This document shows positions 63,351 to 64,000 of a stretch of 64,000 nt of DNA, one piece after another (positions within the stretch are counted from its first letter, which is position 1; every line of letters begins with the position of its first letter). The stretch is from Hemiscyllium ocellatum (taxonomy: Eukaryota), in assembly GCF_020745735.1 (NCBI RefSeq), contig NC_083409.1:11897052-11961051 (forward strand), in the 5' to 3' direction. A program made the position numbers and the translations under genes. Under the pieces are notes generated by a model that was not told where the DNA came from, made no database searches, and saw only the letters and a program-made list of their open reading frames with translations.

Positions 63351-64000
63351 GCTCCGATTCCTTGAGGCTCCATTTCATGCTTTCTTTTCTCCAAAGGGGA
63401 GCATGAGACAATGTGTTAAAAGATCTCAGACGTTGTGAAAAGGAGTGAAAATGGGGTGTTTATGTATTGATTCCGATGGCATTTATCAATCAATCACAGC
63501 TATGCAGTCATGAATACGAAGGCAATTCCCTCCATGAATAAAGGAAACCTACTACAGAGCTCATCCAACGGGAATTCTTACCTTCAGTAAACTCTTCCAT
63601 CACATGACCCAAAATTGCACCCTCAGCTGTTTACTTATTTGTTCACTTCCAGACATGACTATTCCAATGTTCTCTTGACTGAACTTTCATCAACTTCAAC
63701 ATATTCAAAAGCTCCACTTACTGCACCCTCTTTCCAAGCCCCTTTTACCCACGATCCTTGTACTTGCTGATTCATGACTTGCCAACAGCTTCAGTATAAG
63801 AAGTCCTGTCCTTCCGGACATATTTTTCCTTTCTATCTCTGCAATTTCCTTCAATCCTCGAAATTTTTGAAGTGTCTACGTTCCCCATTTTAGCATTTTC
63901 ATTTTCACCACCCCAGCTCAGCACTGAAGCTTTCAGCTGCATGGTCATCAGCTATGCAATTCTGTCCTAACGCAGTTCAAATAGTAACATTTTCTTCCTT

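Noticed and set aside
63570-63620. Strong minus-strand donor AAG|GTAAGA as the next CEP350 exon
   Set aside because: Upstream frames are closed or do not match the expected ...AARQICE exon.

Overview
Eukaryotic, repeat-rich DNA from a shark, probably an orectolobiform (carpet shark). The assignment rests on HE1-type SINEs, HER1/CR1 LINEs and a shark kappa (NS4/type III) light-chain exon. Two host loci converge. (1) A lone Ig kappa light-chain constant exon lies on + at 9246-9574. Its reading frame is intact, but the expected splice acceptor reads TG instead of AG, and I found no V, J or RSS in the window. (2) Fourteen exons of a CEP350-like gene lie on - at 61472->30471 and run to the stop codon. 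They splice into one open frame of about 770 aa. However, the exon block that in human encodes roughly 850 aa, including the CAP-Gly domain, is absent from the 1.7 kb gap at 39354-41127, and several conserved residues carry CpG-type substitutions. The rest is CR1/L2/L1 LINE relics, three SINE families and about ten short Penelope-like (PLE) insertions. Several PLE insertions are long hairpins with target-site duplications and minimal hammerhead-ribozyme cores; the best preserved is at 55084-55111. All homology calls are from recalled sequences, not database searches, and repeat boundaries are approximate.
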